64,000 bases of DNA from Lama guanicoe (GCA_013239625.1 MU054096.1:595098-659097), one strand, 5' to 3'; positions 1-13,855 are shown, numbered from the stretch's first letter. The notes: generated by a model not told the origin, from the letters alone. A program made the numbers and translations.

Positions 1-1329
1 CCACTTACAATTCCCAGTTTGCTTGAGCCTTCCCACCACTCCAGCCATTCTGCAGTTATGTTGGTCTGAACCTCATCACCTAAGGGTCAGGTGAGATCTG
101 CTTACAGGCAACGTTCAAATTAACAGCACATTTGTTTTTATTTTTAAATCTCTGTTGAGTATTAGGAATTTTACCAGGAGCTGTTTTGTCTAGGCATACA
201 TGTGCTTTCATCGTTGTTTCATATTGACTGTGAGTGTGTTAGGTGCTTTTTCTTGATATATTTAGAGCTTAATTAGTTGATAATAAATTGTTCTTAGGTG
301 AATACCAACTTGTGATATTTTATGAATCTTAGAAGAGTTTGTTTTGCCATGAATAGAAAGAAATAAAATGAAATCTGACTTAAAAGCACGTGTGTGTGTA
401 TATATATATATACATTTTTTTTCTTAAACTGAATCTGTTTAGATCTGAATTCTTTGTTGAATTTCAGGAAAATTTTAAGTTTCTGTATTTAAGACCAGAG
501 TTTAGCCTTAGTTTCTGATTAAGCCGGGCAGGCTCTGGAAGACATAACCTTTGTAAGAACATAGTTTGTGTAATATTCCTGTCATGTTAATAATCAACAA
601 GTCAGAAATAAGAAGTTGTAATTTACGTAAGAAATGTAACCGGGATCACATCTGGGAAGGAGAGCTGGAGAGTCTGGGAAACTTGCTTTTCATTTTATAT
701 CCTTCTATGTGGTTTCAGTTTTTGACCACATGACTGTTTTAATCTTTAAAAAGAAAAGTATGTTTATTTGCCTGTTGTCTTTGGTCTCTGTGAAAGTTAT
801 TAAATGTATAGTTGACAGTTAAATTATGTCCCAGACATGGAGGCTGACACCCATGGGAGTCACATCACTGAAGGAAGCTGATCTGTCACAAAGGTGCTAC
901 TGAGCTCTTTAAAAATGAAATTGACTCCCAGTTAGAGGTTTACCCAAATAATATCCTTGCCTCTTTTTGCTTTAAAGTTACTGTATGACCCCCTACCACC
1001 TTGGAAGACTTCTTATTTATTCAGGGCTCATTTATAAAATAATGGGTATTATTACTATGAGCCATTGTCCTAATCACAATGATTGATCAATACCAGCTGT
1101 TCAGAACTTATACCCTAGTGAGAGATGAGTGAATTAATCGTCCAGTATAATCTTTGCTAAATCATTTTCTCCCCTGAAACCTTATTACCATTCAAATAAA
1201 TGGATCATTTCTCAGTAAACTATAAAACAGATCACATACCCTGAAAAGCATCATTAACCCTATTTAATTACACAATGAACAAAGAGGATAAAAGGAAGCA
1301 AAATTGCCCAGAAATCCTTGTACGTATTT

Positions 1330-2120
1330 AAAAAATTAAGATAATTCACATATCTTACACCATTGCTTAGTGGTTCTGAGTATAATCACAAGATTGTACA
1401 GTTATCACTAGTACCTAATTCTGGAATGGTTTCATCACCCTAAAAGAAGCCCCATATCCTTTAGCAGTCCCTCTCTATCCCCATTTCCCCATAGTCCCTG
1501 GCAACCACTGATCTACTTTCTACTTTTCTCTGGATTTTCCCATTGTGGGCATTTCATATAAATTAATTCATACAGTGTGTGGCCTTTTTTATCTGCCTTC
1601 TTTCACTTAGCATATTTTCAAGGGGAAAATATGTTGCACCATTCCTTTTTATGGCTGAGTAATATTCCATTGAATGGATATACCACATTTTGTTTATCCA
1701 TCCATCAGATGGTGGATATTTGAGTTGGGTCTACTCTTTGGCTGTTACAAATATGCTGCTGTGAACATTCATACATAAATTTTTTGTGACTGTTTTCCTT
1801 CCTTGCATATACTTTGGAATGGAATTCATGAGTCATGTGGTAACTCTGTGTTTAGCTTTTTGATGAACTACTGAAGTGTTTTCCATAGCACCCATACCGT
1901 TTCATGTTTCCACTAGCAGTGCAAGATGGAATCCAGTCTCTCACTTGCTACTGTCCCTCTTACTGATTTTAGCCATCCTAGTGGTTGTGAAGTACTATCT
2001 CATTGTGGTTTTGATTTTTATTTCCCTAACAGCTAATAATTTTGAGCATCTTTTCATGTTCTGATTGGCCATTTGTATATCTTCTTTGGAAAAATGTCTA
2101 TTAAGATCCTTTGCACTTAA
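1330..2120 (-). mobile_element. Old L1 (L1MB-type) 3' UTR plus ORF2 C-terminus fragment
   Basis: Minus-strand ORF 1995-2231 contains [33 protein letters not shown] (L1 ORF2 C-terminus); typical CCCTGGCAACCACTGATCTACTTTCT 3' UTR motif. Confidence 0.85.
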
Positions 2121-2344
2121 AATAATAATAATTCTAGCCACAGCAGCAATGGTGGAGGAGGGGGCTAAGATGCAATAATCAGAAACTATTAGGTTTCTGA
2201 GCAAATGCCTTAAGGGGGAAAAGTAGAGCAAAGAAAGCCAGAAGACCCATGAGTAAAGGCAATAACTACAAAACCTAACGGCTTGAAAAGAATATTGAAA
2301 GACAATACTCCATTTGCATCCATAAAAACAGAAACAATATACCG

Positions 2345-3170
2345 CATTTCAACAACAGATACTTATTAAATGCCTTTTATGTGTCAGACAGTGGGATGGC
2401 CTTAGGAATCCAAATATGGGTAAAACATAAACTTGTCTCCTGGATTTACTCTGCAGTGGGGAGCGTGGACTGAAAGCGTTTTCTGAAGGCAATATTTTAT
2501 TATCAGCTCTGTAATGAGAAAAAGTGCCCGAGATGGTAAAGTATCTGGAAAGCCCTCAGGGAGTTGATAATTCTCCATGTAGCCTATTGGAGCAGTCAGA
2601 TGTGGCTAGAGAATCATCCTTCTTACGACACTCCTAGAGCAATGATTACGAGCCATTGTCCTAATCAATTAACATGTATTAACATCTGTAATTCTCTTAG
2701 CAACCTACACAACAGTGACTGTTACTCAACCTCTGGTTTGCAGATGAAAATGCTAGAGGCAGAAGACAGGATAAAATGAGTGCTGTGCCTAAAGTTTTAA
2801 TCAGAAGCCAAATTCGGGAAAGATTTATGTCCCATGCTAAGAAGTTGAAATGTATCCCATACTCTGCGAGTTCTTGTAGATTTTTCAGAACAAAGATGTG
2901 CACTTTAGAAGTTTGTTCTGGGAGCTGTATGAACAGCCGAATGGAGCTGGAGAGGACTGGGAAGAGAGGGGGCAACTCCAGAGGAAGGGGCCAACGAGGA
3001 GACAGTTACTATCGGTCTAGCCAGGTAAGGAGAGGACGTGAACCACTGAGGAGGAGGCGGCTGGAGAGGGTGGTCTGATTAAGAGCTGTGTCAGCGGGGT
3101 CAGTGATTCATTGGTACGGGACCGCGGCAGGCAGTGGAGGAATTAAGTATTGCTCCTTGTGTCTGGCTAA
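2345..3170 (-). mobile_element. Degraded L2 fragments with an embedded MIR (~2680-2790)
   Basis: TTCAACAACAGATACTTATTAAATGCC resembles the reverse L2 3' end; TTTGCAGATGAAAATGCTAGAGGCAGA resembles the MIR core. Confidence 0.5.
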
Positions 3171-3384
3171 ATCTAATATATGATTTCTTACTCACTTGAT
3201 TAAAATTGTTGGTTCAGTGTCCACATGTGGGCATTAGCTTGGATTCATCTTTGATCACCAACCTCATCACTAACCAAGACTTTCATTACAAGGGGCACTA
3301 GGTGAAAATTTAGACCCTTCTGGACAAATCACTGCTTCTGATAGGAAAGAACACTCAAAAGACACATTAAAAGTGGCTGTGCAG

Positions 3385-4160
3385 ACAATAACTGCTAGAG
3401 AGGGTGTGGAGAAAAGGGAACCCTCCTACACTGATCGTGAGAATGTAGTTTGTTGCAGTCACTGTGAAAAACAGTATGGAGGTTCCTCAAAAAACTAAAA
3501 ATAGACTTACCATACGATCCAGCAATACCACTCCTTTGCATATATATGGAGGGGACTCTAATTTGAAAAGATACATGCACCCCAATGTTCATAGCAGCAC
3601 TGTTTACAATAGCCAAGACATAGAAGCAACCTAAATGTCCATTGACAGATGGCTAAATAAAGAAAATGTGGTGTATTTATATAATGGAATACAAATCAGC
3701 CATAGAAAAGAATAAAATAATGCCATTTGCAGCAACATAGATGGACCTGGAGACTGTCATTCTAAGTGAAGTAAGCCAGAAAGAGAAAGAAAGATACCAT
3801 TGATATCACTTATATGTGAAATCTTAAAAAAAAAAACAGACACAAGTGAACTTGTTTACAAAACAGAAACAGACTCACAGACATAAAAAAGAAACTTATG
3901 GTCACCAGGAGGAAGAAGGGTGTGAAAGGATACACTGGGAGTTTGAGATTAGCAGCTTCTAACTACTATATATAAAATAGATAAACATCAAGGTCCTACT
4001 GTATGGCACAGGGAACTATATTCAGTATCTTGTAGTAACCTATAATGGAAAAGAATATGAAAAGAAATATATGACTGAACTATTATGTTATACCCCAGAA
4101 ATTGACACAACATTGTAACCTACTATACTTCAATTAAAAAAGAAAAGAATGAAAAAAAAA
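3385..4160 (+). mobile_element. Young camelid-type L1, 5'-truncated (ORF2 end, 3' UTR, A tail)
   Basis: GAGAGGGTGTGGAGAAAAGGGAACCCTCCTACACT, AAAACAGAAACAGACTCACAGACA, and terminal CTATACTTCAATTAAAAA plus A-rich tail. Confidence 0.95.
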
Positions 4161-4215
4161 GTGAGTATGGATTTGTCAGATCAGTACGACCATCTTATCG
4201 TAGGGAGTACAGCAT

Positions 4216-4724
4216 GTATCAGGAACTTCAAGGAAGGATGAGGTGATTCTCCATGAGTCATACGTTTTTGCAGGTCTTAAGAGTTTGACACTGTACAGCC
4301 TTTTCCCCAGGATCCTTTTTAAAGATGTTTATATAGTCAAAATCCTTGAAAGCTAGAGATGATGTCTCCCTCTAGAGCAAGAATAGATTTGCTTACAGCC
4401 TTGAAGCTAGTCTTCCTTTAGAGTAAAGGGCTGATATGTTTATTGGCCTTTGTAAAAAATTTGAGTTCCCGAGGCTGAAGTGAGGCTGTTCTCCTGTAAT
4501 GTAGCCTCCTACGTTACCAAGGCCACCTGTGTTGCCCTGTGGGACTTGGGGACAAGGATGACTGACACATACATATTCATACCAGGGCCGCTCGCTGTGC
4601 AGCATTTACAAAGCCATCTGTCTCTGATCAGGAGACTTTGGGTTTCCACCAGCACCCATAAGGTTGTGATAGGCTGATTAGCTCATAAGCAGGATAAAAT
4701 CACAGACACTTCACAGTTCTTGAT
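4216..4724 (+). mobile_element. ERVL-class solo LTR (LTR47/MER74-group-like)
   Basis: Internal TCCCTCTAGAGCAA motif and 3' end AGGATAAAATCACAGACACTTCACAGTTCTTGATA resemble this LTR group. Confidence 0.6.
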
Positions 4725-5511
4725 AGAAAGTTAGACTGATTCCAAATTGTGATGTGTTCAACTTGAAAGAACCAAACTGAGCAATTTTTGAATTAAACAT
4801 GGTAATTTTTAAAAATCATCTCTAAGGTTATATCTCCATTCCCCACCCAGAAGCTTGCCTAAGATTGAAATAAACTCGGCTTCTTGGTGATTGACTTGCA
4901 TTTTCATCATTTTTGAACAGAAGTGTTAATGATGAGTGAGTTTGACCTGCTAGAAATCCTCACAGAACAACAGGAGCGGATGGCAGCACTCAGATGTCTA
5001 GTTCAGTACTCCCCTGGGGAGACTTTTCTCTTTTCTAAAGGAACAAACCCCCGGAGGGGTCTGAGGATGACTTAAAAAGTGCAAAAATAGCTTCCTCTGA
5101 GATTAAATGTACAGTGGCTGTTGTCTGAGATGAAATTCCTCTGAATTTCAGACACTATAAATAGCTACTAAGCATAGAGACCAGTTCTGGGATTTCTTAA
5201 CCACATTACAGGTGTAACAGGGTAGTGGAGACTGAGATGGGCCCCGTGAGCACCTGAAACTTGAACGAGCTGATTCTGTAAACACTGTCATTTGAAAGTT
5301 TTGTCTTTTATGAACTGGAGGCTACAATTTATTTTTGAAGCCAACTGACCTTTTGTTTGGGGAAAACCACACAAACGGGCTTTTGTACCCATGAGAGAGA
5401 GATTTCTGAAATCCAGAGATCTGAGGAGAGGATCCAAGGAGCTACGCTTTTCTGAGAAATAACGGGAAACCTGACTTTCACAGTGGTCAGAGTACATCTC
5501 TGGCATTAGAA

Positions 5512-5835
5512 TTTTTATTTTTATTTATTTTTTTAATTGAAGTATAGTCAGTTACAGTATGTCAATTTCTGGTGTACAGCATCATGTTTCAGTCAGACAT
5601 ATGCATATATATATTTGTTTTCATATTCTTTTTCATTATTCTGTAATTTCATATATTATATTTCATTCAGTATAAGATATTGAATATAGTTCCCTGTGCT
5701 ATTCAGAAGAAATTTGTTTTTTATCTATTTTATATATAGTAGTTAGTATTTGCACATCTCAAACTCCCAGTTTATCCCTTCCCACCCCTTTCCCCCTGGT
5801 AGCCATAGTTTGTTTACTATGTCTGTAAGTCTGAG
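5512..5835 (-). mobile_element. Young camelid-type L1 3' end
   Basis: Poly-T followed by AATTGAAGTATAGTCAGTTACAG...TATCCCTTCCCACCCC. Confidence 0.9.
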
Positions 5836-5844
5836 TTTTTAAAA

Positions 5845-6190
5845 TAATTAATACAATTTATTTTTAGGGCAGTTTAGGTTCATAGAAAATTAAAAAGTAC
5901 AAATTTCCCATATACCCACTAACCCCACCACACACACAGTCTCCCTTATTAGTTAGTGCATTACATTTGCTGTAACTGATGGACAAACATTAGTATATTT
6001 TTAATAACTAAGGTCCACAGTTTCCGTTAGGTTCACTGTTCCTGTTGTACGTTCTATGGGTTTTGACAAATATATAATGACATCTTTCTGCCATCACAGT
6101 ATTAAAGAGAGGAGTTTCACAGCCCGAAATATCCCCTGTGCTCCACCTAGTCATTCTTCAGTCTTTCTCCTCAAACTCCTGGCAACTCAT
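5845..6190 (-). mobile_element. Old L1 (L1MB/MC) 3' end
   Basis: TTTAGGGCAGTTTAGGTTCATAGAAAATT...GTTCTATGGGTTTTGACAAAT...CTCCTGGCAAC. Confidence 0.7.
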
Positions 6191-6383
6191 ATTTTGGAAA
6201 TGTCCTGATGACCAGTTACTGAGTTCTGATGAGAGTTTTGGAGACACAGTTTTCCCTGGGAAAAGTGGACAGTGGAACTTCCCTCTTTTAACCCTGTGGA
6301 AGGCAAGATTTAGACTCTTCTTAGTAAAAGAAAAACTGTCTTCTTTCTCTCGCCTTGAGGTTGTTGGAAACTTGGATTCAAGG

Positions 6384-8035
6384 TGTATCAGTTGAGATAG
6401 GTGAAGTTATGCTGCTAGCTAAAGTTAGGTTTAAAGACCTAAACAGAAGATGTGACACCAAAAAACTCCTAGAAGAGAACATAAGCAAAACACTTTCTGA
6501 CCTAGATCGTAGCAATATTTTCTTAGATTAGTCTCCTCAGGCAAGAGAAGTAAAAGCAGAAATGAATAAAAATCTTTTGCACAGCAAAGGAAACCATCCA
6601 ACAGAATGGAAAGATAACCTATGGGTTGGGAGAAAATATTTGCAAATGATGTGACTGACAGTTAATATCCAAAATACACAGACTGCTCATACAAGTCAAC
6701 ATTGAAAAAACAAACAACTCGATCAAAAAATGGGCAGAAGACCTAAATAGATAACTCTCCAAAGGAGACATACAGATGGCCAACAGGCACATGAAAAGAT
6801 GCTCAGCATTGCTAATTATTAGAGAAATGCAAATCAAAACCACAATGAGGTATCACAGAATGACTGTCATCAAAAAGGCTACAAATAATAAACACTGGAG
6901 AAAATGTGGAGGAAAGGGAACCTTCCTACACTGCTGGTAGAAATGTAGTTTGGTGCAGCCATTACGGAGGACAGCATGGAGGTTCCTTAAAAAAAAAACA
7001 AAAATAGAGCTAACATATGATCCAGCAGTCACACTCCTGGGTATATATCCAGAAAAGACAAAAACTCTAATTCAAAAAGATACACGCAGCTCATTGTTTA
7101 TAGCAGCATTATATACAATAGCCAAGACATGAAACAACCCAAGTGCCCACCAACAGATGATTGGTTTAAGAAGATGTAATTGATATATATATATATATAT
7201 ACATACATACACAATGAAATATTACTCAGCCATAAAAAGAATGAAATACCGCCATCTGCAGCAACATGGGTGGACCTAAGAGAATATTATACTCAGTGAA
7301 GTAAGTCGGACAAAGAAAGACAACTATTATACGGTATCAACTATATGTGGAATCTAAAAAATAATATGTATGAATCTATATGCAAAACAGAAACAGACTT
7401 ACAGACATAGAACACTAACTTACGGTTACCAAAGGTGAAAGAGGGTAAAGAATAAATGAGGAATATGGGATCAAGGAATACAAACCAGTATACATAAAAC
7501 AGATAAACAACAAGGATTTACTGTAGAGCACAGGGCACTGTATTCAATATCTTGTAATAACCTATTGTGGAAAATAATCTGAAAAAAATATATATGTAAC
7601 TATCACTTTGCTGGACACCTGAAACGAACACACTATTGTAAGTCAGCTATACTTCAAAAAAAAAGTTATGCTGCTGAAAAGCAAAATCAAACCCAGAAAA
7701 CCTAAATCTGGTGACTTTTAACAGCAGAGGTTTATTTCTTGCTCATCCCTTTTGTCATGATGGCTCAGCTGGGGACCCTGCCTCTGACTGCCTTCCTCTG
7801 GAACCTGGGTTGATGGTAAACCCATGGTTCCAAGAAATTGCCGGGCTCACAGCAGAGGGAATGGAGCGCCCCAGGCCTTGCACTAGCGATTAAATGTTCC
7901 CACCTAGAAGTGACACGGGTTCCTTTCACTCATTGGTGGCATCCCCTGCCCAAGCAAAGGAAGTCAGATGGTTCAATGCTACCATTTTCCAGAAGACTAC
8001 AGGTTGGAAATATTTGGTGAGTAGCAGCGAGGACT
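6384..8035 (-). mobile_element. MaLR LTR (MLT1J/K/L-like) split by an L1 insertion
   Basis: TGTATCAGTTGAGATAGG..TTATGCTGCT resumes after the L1 as ..AACAGCAGAGGTTTATTTCTTGCTCAT. Confidence 0.55.
6417..7662 (+). mobile_element. L1, 5'-truncated, with 13-bp TSD
   Basis: ORF2 C-terminal homology and 3' UTR; TSD AAGTTATGCTGCT at 6404-6416 and 7663-7675. Confidence 0.95.
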
Positions 8036-8037
8036 AC

Positions 8038-9250
8038 TGTGGTAGGCTGACCTGTGGCCCCCAAAGAGAGATCTCAGTCCCTGGAACATGAGAACGTTAC
8101 CTTATTGGACAGGGGCCTTTGCAGATGGGATTAAGCTAAGGATCTTGAGGTAGGCCCTGAAAGACACAACATGAGTCCGTATAAGATAGACTGTGGTCTT
8201 GTAATTTATAATCGGAAATGTAAATTTCACCTTAGTCCTGTTCCTGGCGCAGAGCTCCTAAAACTCTTGGAATTTCCTGTGATGGGAGCAATAAGGGTGT
8301 CTTTTGCTAGGCTAATGAATGACTTTTGGAAAACCCTTTGGTTACCTAAGGGTAGGAGATGATTGCAGTGGAACCAACTCTGTGATTAGAGGGTTGGGGC
8401 TTTCAGTCCCACCCTCTGACCTCCAGGGAGGAGAGAGGGTCTGGAGGTGATTTAATTGTCAGTGGCCAAGAATGTGATCAATCATGCCTCTGTCATAGAG
8501 TCTCCATGAAACCCCAAGAACAGGGTCCCGAGAGCTTCCGGGTTGGTGTACACGTGGAGGTGCAGGGAGAGAGATGGGTTCAGAGAGAGCATGGAAGCTC
8601 CCCCAGACCTTACCTGTGTATCTCTTCCACCCAGCTGTTCCTGAGTTCTAGCCTTTTACAATCAATGGGTGACCTAGTAGGTAATATGTTTCTCTGAGTT
8701 CCATGAGTGGATCTGGCAAATTAATCAGACCTAAGTTGGGGATCAGTCAGAAGCATGGGTGACAACCTGGCCTTGCAGTTGGTGTCTGACACTGGGGGAG
8801 GGGACAAAGATGGCAGCCACGCAGGACTGCACCCTTAACCCGTGAAATCTGACACTCTCCACAGGCAGAGAGTGTCAGAATGGCGTTGAGTTGTGGGACA
8901 CCTTGGTATCAGAGAATTGCTTGGTGGTGTGGAGCAAAAACACACACGTGGGATGGGTGTGGAAATCTTAGAGGCTGAGGGAGTTTGACACACACAGAAA
9001 AGGAGGAGGCCATGTGACCTTGCAGGCAGAGAGTGGAGGGAGGTGACCACAAGCCACAGATGCAGGCCCCCACTGGAAACAGTTCTCACCATAGCCTCTA
9101 GAGGGCGTGCTGCCCGGCTGCCCCTTGATTTCTGCCCAGTGATAATGATTTTGGACTTCCGGCCTGCAAAACAAGAGGGAATCAACGTCTGTCGTTCTGC
9201 ACCACCAGGTCTGTAGTCATTTGTCACAGCAACCGTGGGAAACAAATGTA
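8038..9250 (+). mobile_element. MaLR LTR (MLT1B/C/D-type) interrupted by a MER21-like LTR
   Basis: TGTGGTAGGCTGA..GCCCCCAAAG..CTTTGCAGATGGGATTAAG start; ..TTTGTCACAGCAACCGTGGGAAACAAAT end. Confidence 0.75.
8192..8968 (+). mobile_element. MER21-like solo LTR nested in MLT1
   Basis: TTCCTGGCGCAGAGCTCCTAAAACTCTTGGAATTTCC, GTGATTAGAGGGTTGGGGCTTTCAGTCCCACC and GACAACCTGGCCTTGCAGTTGGTGTCTGA motifs. Confidence 0.75.
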
Positions 9251-10116
9251 ACTACCATATTGGGTATGGTAGATGTGTTTCAGGTTCTCACTTTGGGACA
9301 ATTCACCCGGCCCTTTTTGCAAAGTCTCATGACTGTGACCACATTAAAGGCAAGCAGAGATGCTAAAGCGCTTAACAAAGAGGCACCTAGCAGAGAACCA
9401 CCGTGGGGAGACCTGGCCCCCTGAGACTCACAGGACAGGTGGAATCACATAGACATTCTGCACTGGATTCGCCCTGCGCTATCCTCAAGACCCTAGAGAA
9501 TCCTCATTAAAAGTTAACAGTGCTGACTTTGTTAAAAATACAGTGGTCCAGGGGAGCGCAGATGTCTGCAAGAAGCAGGCCCAAAATTGGCAACAAGAAA
9601 ACAGCACTAGAATGGGCCTTGGTCTGTGGTCCAGAGCAAGTCAGCTGGCTAAAAGGGCAAAAGATGACCACGGAAGGTACAGGCACTTGCTGGGCATTCC
9701 CTGGAGAAGGAAACACGGTCAGCACCTGGATTTCCTGAGATCAAGCGGAGTGGGACTCAGACTACTGTGGTTTGGCATTTAAAGGAAGTGTGAAACTAAA
9801 GCTTAAATTTTTAAATCATAGTCATAAAACTAGAGGAACCTTGGAAAAACATTCAGTAATATAGTCTCATACTGATGAAGAAACTGAGGCTCACAAGAAT
9901 TGTCAGAGTCTCAGTTTCTCTGTCTTTAAAATAGGAAGTTGGACAAAACCATCTTAAGTGATTCTTTAATTAAGACTTCTGATCTTATGAATTAAGTTGA
10001 TAACTGACTCTGGCATTCAGTACTGGGAAGAAATCCAAAGTGGATCTGAATACTTTAAAATCACGATAGGAGCTGAAATTCAGAAGCATTTAATTTTTCT
10101 CCTCAAAAATATTGCT

Positions 10117-10420
10117 GGGGGGTGGTGGGTACAGCTCAGTGGTAGAGCATGTGCTTGGCATGCACAAGGTCCTGGGTTCAATCCCTAGTGCCTCCATTAA
10201 GAGGGGGAAAAGAATTAAAAAAACAAAAAGAATGTTAGAGGGGAGGGTATGGCTTAGTGATACAGTGCACACTTAACAGGCATGAGGTCCTCAGTTCAAT
10301 CCCCAGTACTTCCATTAAAACAAGTAAATAAGTAAATCTAATTACCACCCCCCCAAAACAAAGCAAAATAAACACAAAATAAAAGATAAATATATAAACT
10401 AAAATATTTTTTAAAAGGAG
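10117..10420 (+). mobile_element. Two tandem tRNA-derived camelid SINEs (vic-1 type)
   Basis: Two heads with A/B-box-like AGCTCAGTGG / GTTCAATCCC at ~10117 and ~10240, each with an A-rich tail. Confidence 0.9.
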
Positions 10421-10639
10421 ACTGCTGGGATCTGAACTGATTATTAACAGAAACAGCTATCATCTTCCAGGACGGTTTAACATTAATTATAAAATGCCAA
10501 ATCTCTTCAAAAGCTTGTTAAAGTAAGTCTTGGGACACTAAATAAATGGTGGACAAGTAGGGAAATGAATAGAAAAACCTCTAAGAAGTATATAATCGTA
10601 GTTTTTTAAAATCTAAAATACCCCAATGAAGATAACCCT

Positions 10640-11360
10640 GCCCTCAAAATATGTACAGATCTGACCTCTTCTCAGCACCTCCACTGGTTTCACCTTGATC
10701 TAACCCACCACCATCTTTTATGTGTGTTATTCCAAAGTCTTTCTGAATCACTCCCTGGCCACCCCTCTCCTGCTATGGTCTATTCTTAATACAACAGCCA
10801 GAGGGATCCTTTTGAAATATGTCCAATTTAGTCACTCCTCTGCTCAGCCTTCCCTCCTCTCCCCCCAGGTTTTTCATCTCCTGGAGATCACAGCCAGAAT
10901 CACTGCAATAGCCTATGAGGCTTTTCTGGCCCAGCTGCTCTGCCCACTACTTCTCTGAGCTCATTTCGTATGGGCCCACTTGCTGTCCTTCAAGCACACC
11001 AAGCAGGCTCTCACCTCAGGGCCTTTGCACGTCTCATTCCTCTAACCCGAACACTCCTCCACCCTAGACAGCATGACTCCCTCCCTTGCTTCCTCTATAC
11101 TTGCTTAAGTGTCACTCTTCCAAGAAGGTCTTCCCTCCCCAGCTCAACTCCTCTCACCTCCTTACTCAGCTTTACTTTTCCCCATGCTGCTAATGGCCAC
11201 ATGAAATACCTCTCCTTGTGAATTTGTACATTGTCTGTTTCTTTCCACTAGAATGGAGATACAGACTTTATTTCATTCACTGCTGTATCCCTAGAGCTTG
11301 GAACAAAGTCTAGCACAGATTGGGCACTCAAGAAATACTGGTTGAATGAATAAGTGAATA
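10640..11360 (+). mobile_element. L2 3' fragment
   Basis: CTCACCTCAGGGCCTTTGCAC and terminal GCACTCAAGAAATACTGGTTGAATGAAT. Confidence 0.8.
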
Positions 11361-12549
11361 TAAAGTAGTTTTTAAGATACAGGATTTTGGGGTATGATAT
11401 AAAAAGAAACTCAGAGGTAATCTGCCACAAGTCTGTCTCCAGAGCTCAGGGATGTCATCAAAGACCTTCCCCAGCCCTGTCCTCAGGGTGTTGGCTTTTG
11501 GCATGAAGGTGGTGGTTTCAAGGTCACAAAACAGCTGCTGCAGTTCTGAACATCACGTTCTGTCTCAGATATTTGTGTTCATTCCCTTCCATGGGGAGAG
11601 GAGGGAATGGCTGTTCTAGGGGGCGGGGATGGATAACAACAGAGGGTTTATCACAAATAATGGGGAGCATATCTGTCCTTCAGCATCTGCTTTCTGATAA
11701 AGCATGAAGGTTGGGAATTACTGCCCATAGCTGAACTTGAATATTTATTTCTGATGGTGTGTTCCCTGTGTTTCTGTCACTTCTTTCTCGACCATATAAC
11801 AGCCCGGCATTCTGACCAACTTGCTTTGGAAATTGGCCAAGAAATGCTAGCTTGCTCTCAGGGCTGAGTGATGTTGGCATTTAACTTTCTCACCTGGCAA
11901 GAACAACTCCAGAAAAGACCCTTTCTCCTTGTACTACCCTCCTGGTCAACCAGCAACCTTCGGGCCAAAGCTGTGAACATATATTTTCTGGCAGCCTCCT
12001 TTGTGGCCACTTCAGGACCAGGCCTGAGCTGGAAACTTCTTTTGTGTGGAGGAACTTCAAGACCAGCCCCACTGCCCTCCCTCAGCTTCTCTGCGGGCAA
12101 GAAAGCCACAGTCCCATCACCGACGTCGAAATGGCAAATGAGAAGTGATGGTTTGAGTAGAAAGTACTGTCTGGAAAAGAAGAGAAAGAGGCAGCGCTTC
12201 TGACAGAGCTGTTCACACTTTCCCTGCACAGCTGGGTGGATTTCCCCAGACCCGTCTGCTTTCTGGCACGGTGACTTAAAAACCCAAGAGCCTCCAAGGT
12301 AAGTTGGATTTCTATCAAACACATTTAGCAGCTAAATCACCAAAAGTCACTTTCGAAGATTCATGCAAAGCTGCATCTTTACCCAAGGTCAAGAGTTCAA
12401 TGGAAGTTAGCAAAAAAAAAAAAAAAAAAAAGGAACTGGGGGCAGGAGGTAAGAAAAGAAAGGGAAAATATTGATAGATTATCTCTGTTCAAAAGCAGCT
12501 TTCCTTTTGAGGGACTTTGTGCTCAGAAAAGTAGATAAAAAATAGTTCC

Positions 12550-12904
12550 ACCAAAAAAAAGGACACAGATGAACTTATTTACCAAACAGAAACAGACTCA
12601 CAGACAGAAAACAAACTTATGGTTACCAGAGGAAAAGAGGGGAAGTGGAGGGATAAATTGGGAGTCTGAGATTTGCAGATACACACTACTATATATAAAA
12701 TAGATAAATGACAGGGTCTACTGTATAGCACAGGGAACTGTATTCAATATCTTATAGTAACTTACAATGAAAAAGAATATGAAAAGGAATATATGTATGT
12801 GTGTGTATGATTGAAACATGATGCTGTACACAGAAATTGACACACTGTAACTGACACATTGTAACTTACTATACTTCAATTTGAAAAAAAAAAAGAATAC
12901 AAAT
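12550..12904 (+). mobile_element. Young L1 3' end with TSD
   Basis: Camelid L1 3' UTR; TSD TAAAAAATAGTTCC at 12536-12549 and 12905-12918. Confidence 0.92.
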
Positions 12905-13407
12905 TAAAAAATAGTTCCTCAATAAATAGGGTGGGAAATATAGTAGAAGGATGGACATCAATTATATTTCTGTGTATGTTGATTTCTACCCCTGCCCCTC
13001 TATTGAGTGAATGTGAAAGAGGGTAAGCATTTGAAGTTTAATAAACAAATAACCCACTTTTAGGCTACTTTCCTCACCACACTTAGATTTAGTTGTCTGG
13101 TCTGCCTGTGGCAAAGGCTGTCAACTGATTTTACACTAAAGTTGTATGTAAAATCTGTTTAAAACAGAATTTCTTTAGTAGCAAAATATGTAGTCTCTTT
13201 ATTGCTTTTGTCAAAGTGATCATGAATCCAATACCAGAAACTTTTTTTTTAATGGATACTCTTAAAATCTTGTGTTATTGGCACAGAGGAAGCCAAAAAC
13301 CAAAACAGACCCTCAGAATAGGCTGGGCTCCATCCCCACCTCACGACCACTTAACAGTGAGATTTTTCAGAGTGTCATTTAACCCTCGATCTCAGAGCCG
13401 GTTTCCT

Positions 13408-13650
13408 TTTTTTTTTTTTTAACATTTTTTTATTGAGTTACAGTCAGTTTACAATGTCGTGTCAAATTCCAGTGTAAAGCACAATTTTTCAGTTATACAT
13501 GAACATACCTATATTCATTGTCACATTTTTTTTTTGCTGTGAGCTACCACAAGATCTTGTATATATTTCCCTGTGCTATACAGTATAATCTTGTTTATCT
13601 AGTCTACATATGCCTGTCAGTATCTATGAATTTTGAAATCTCAGTCTGTT
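13408..13650 (-). mobile_element. L1 3' end, second young subfamily (same type as 24618-24790)
   Basis: Poly-T, AACATTTTTTTATTGAGTTACAGTC..CAATTTTTCAGTTATACATGAACATA. Confidence 0.9.
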
Positions 13651-13717
13651 TCCTTCACCTTAATAGGAACTTAACTATGAAAAATTCTGCTTTTCTTAAT
13701 ATTAAGTGATTAACAGC

Positions 13718-13855
13718 TCCCCCCCCCCTTTTTTGGAGGGAGAGGTAATTAGGTTTATTTATTTACTTATTTTTTGGAGGAGGTACTGGGGATTGAACCC
13801 AGGACCTCGTGCATGCCAAGCATGCGCTCTACCACTAAGCTATACCCTTCCCTCC
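13718..13855 (-). mobile_element. vic-1-type SINE
   Basis: GGAGGTACTGGGGATTGAACCCAGGACCTCGTGCATGC..CTCTACCACTAAGCTATACCC. Confidence 0.92.

Noticed and set aside
1..800. AT-rich start as a possible 3' UTR or terminal exon
   Set aside because: No identifiable coding end; AATAAA at ~282 alone is uninformative and part of the region looks like an L1ME remnant
4929..5065. ATGATGA...CTGA as a possible C/D snoRNA (also ~47457-47612)
   Set aside because: No terminal stem or recognisable guide sequence; short motifs are expected by chance
10117..10320. tRNA-like sequences here and in the other SINE heads
   Set aside because: They have SINE bodies, A tails and often TSDs, and lack a proper acceptor stem; not tRNA genes
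11858..12324. Overlapping 111-154 aa ORFs in unique DNA
   Set aside because: No recognisable homology and no supporting exon chain; only a lone consensus donor
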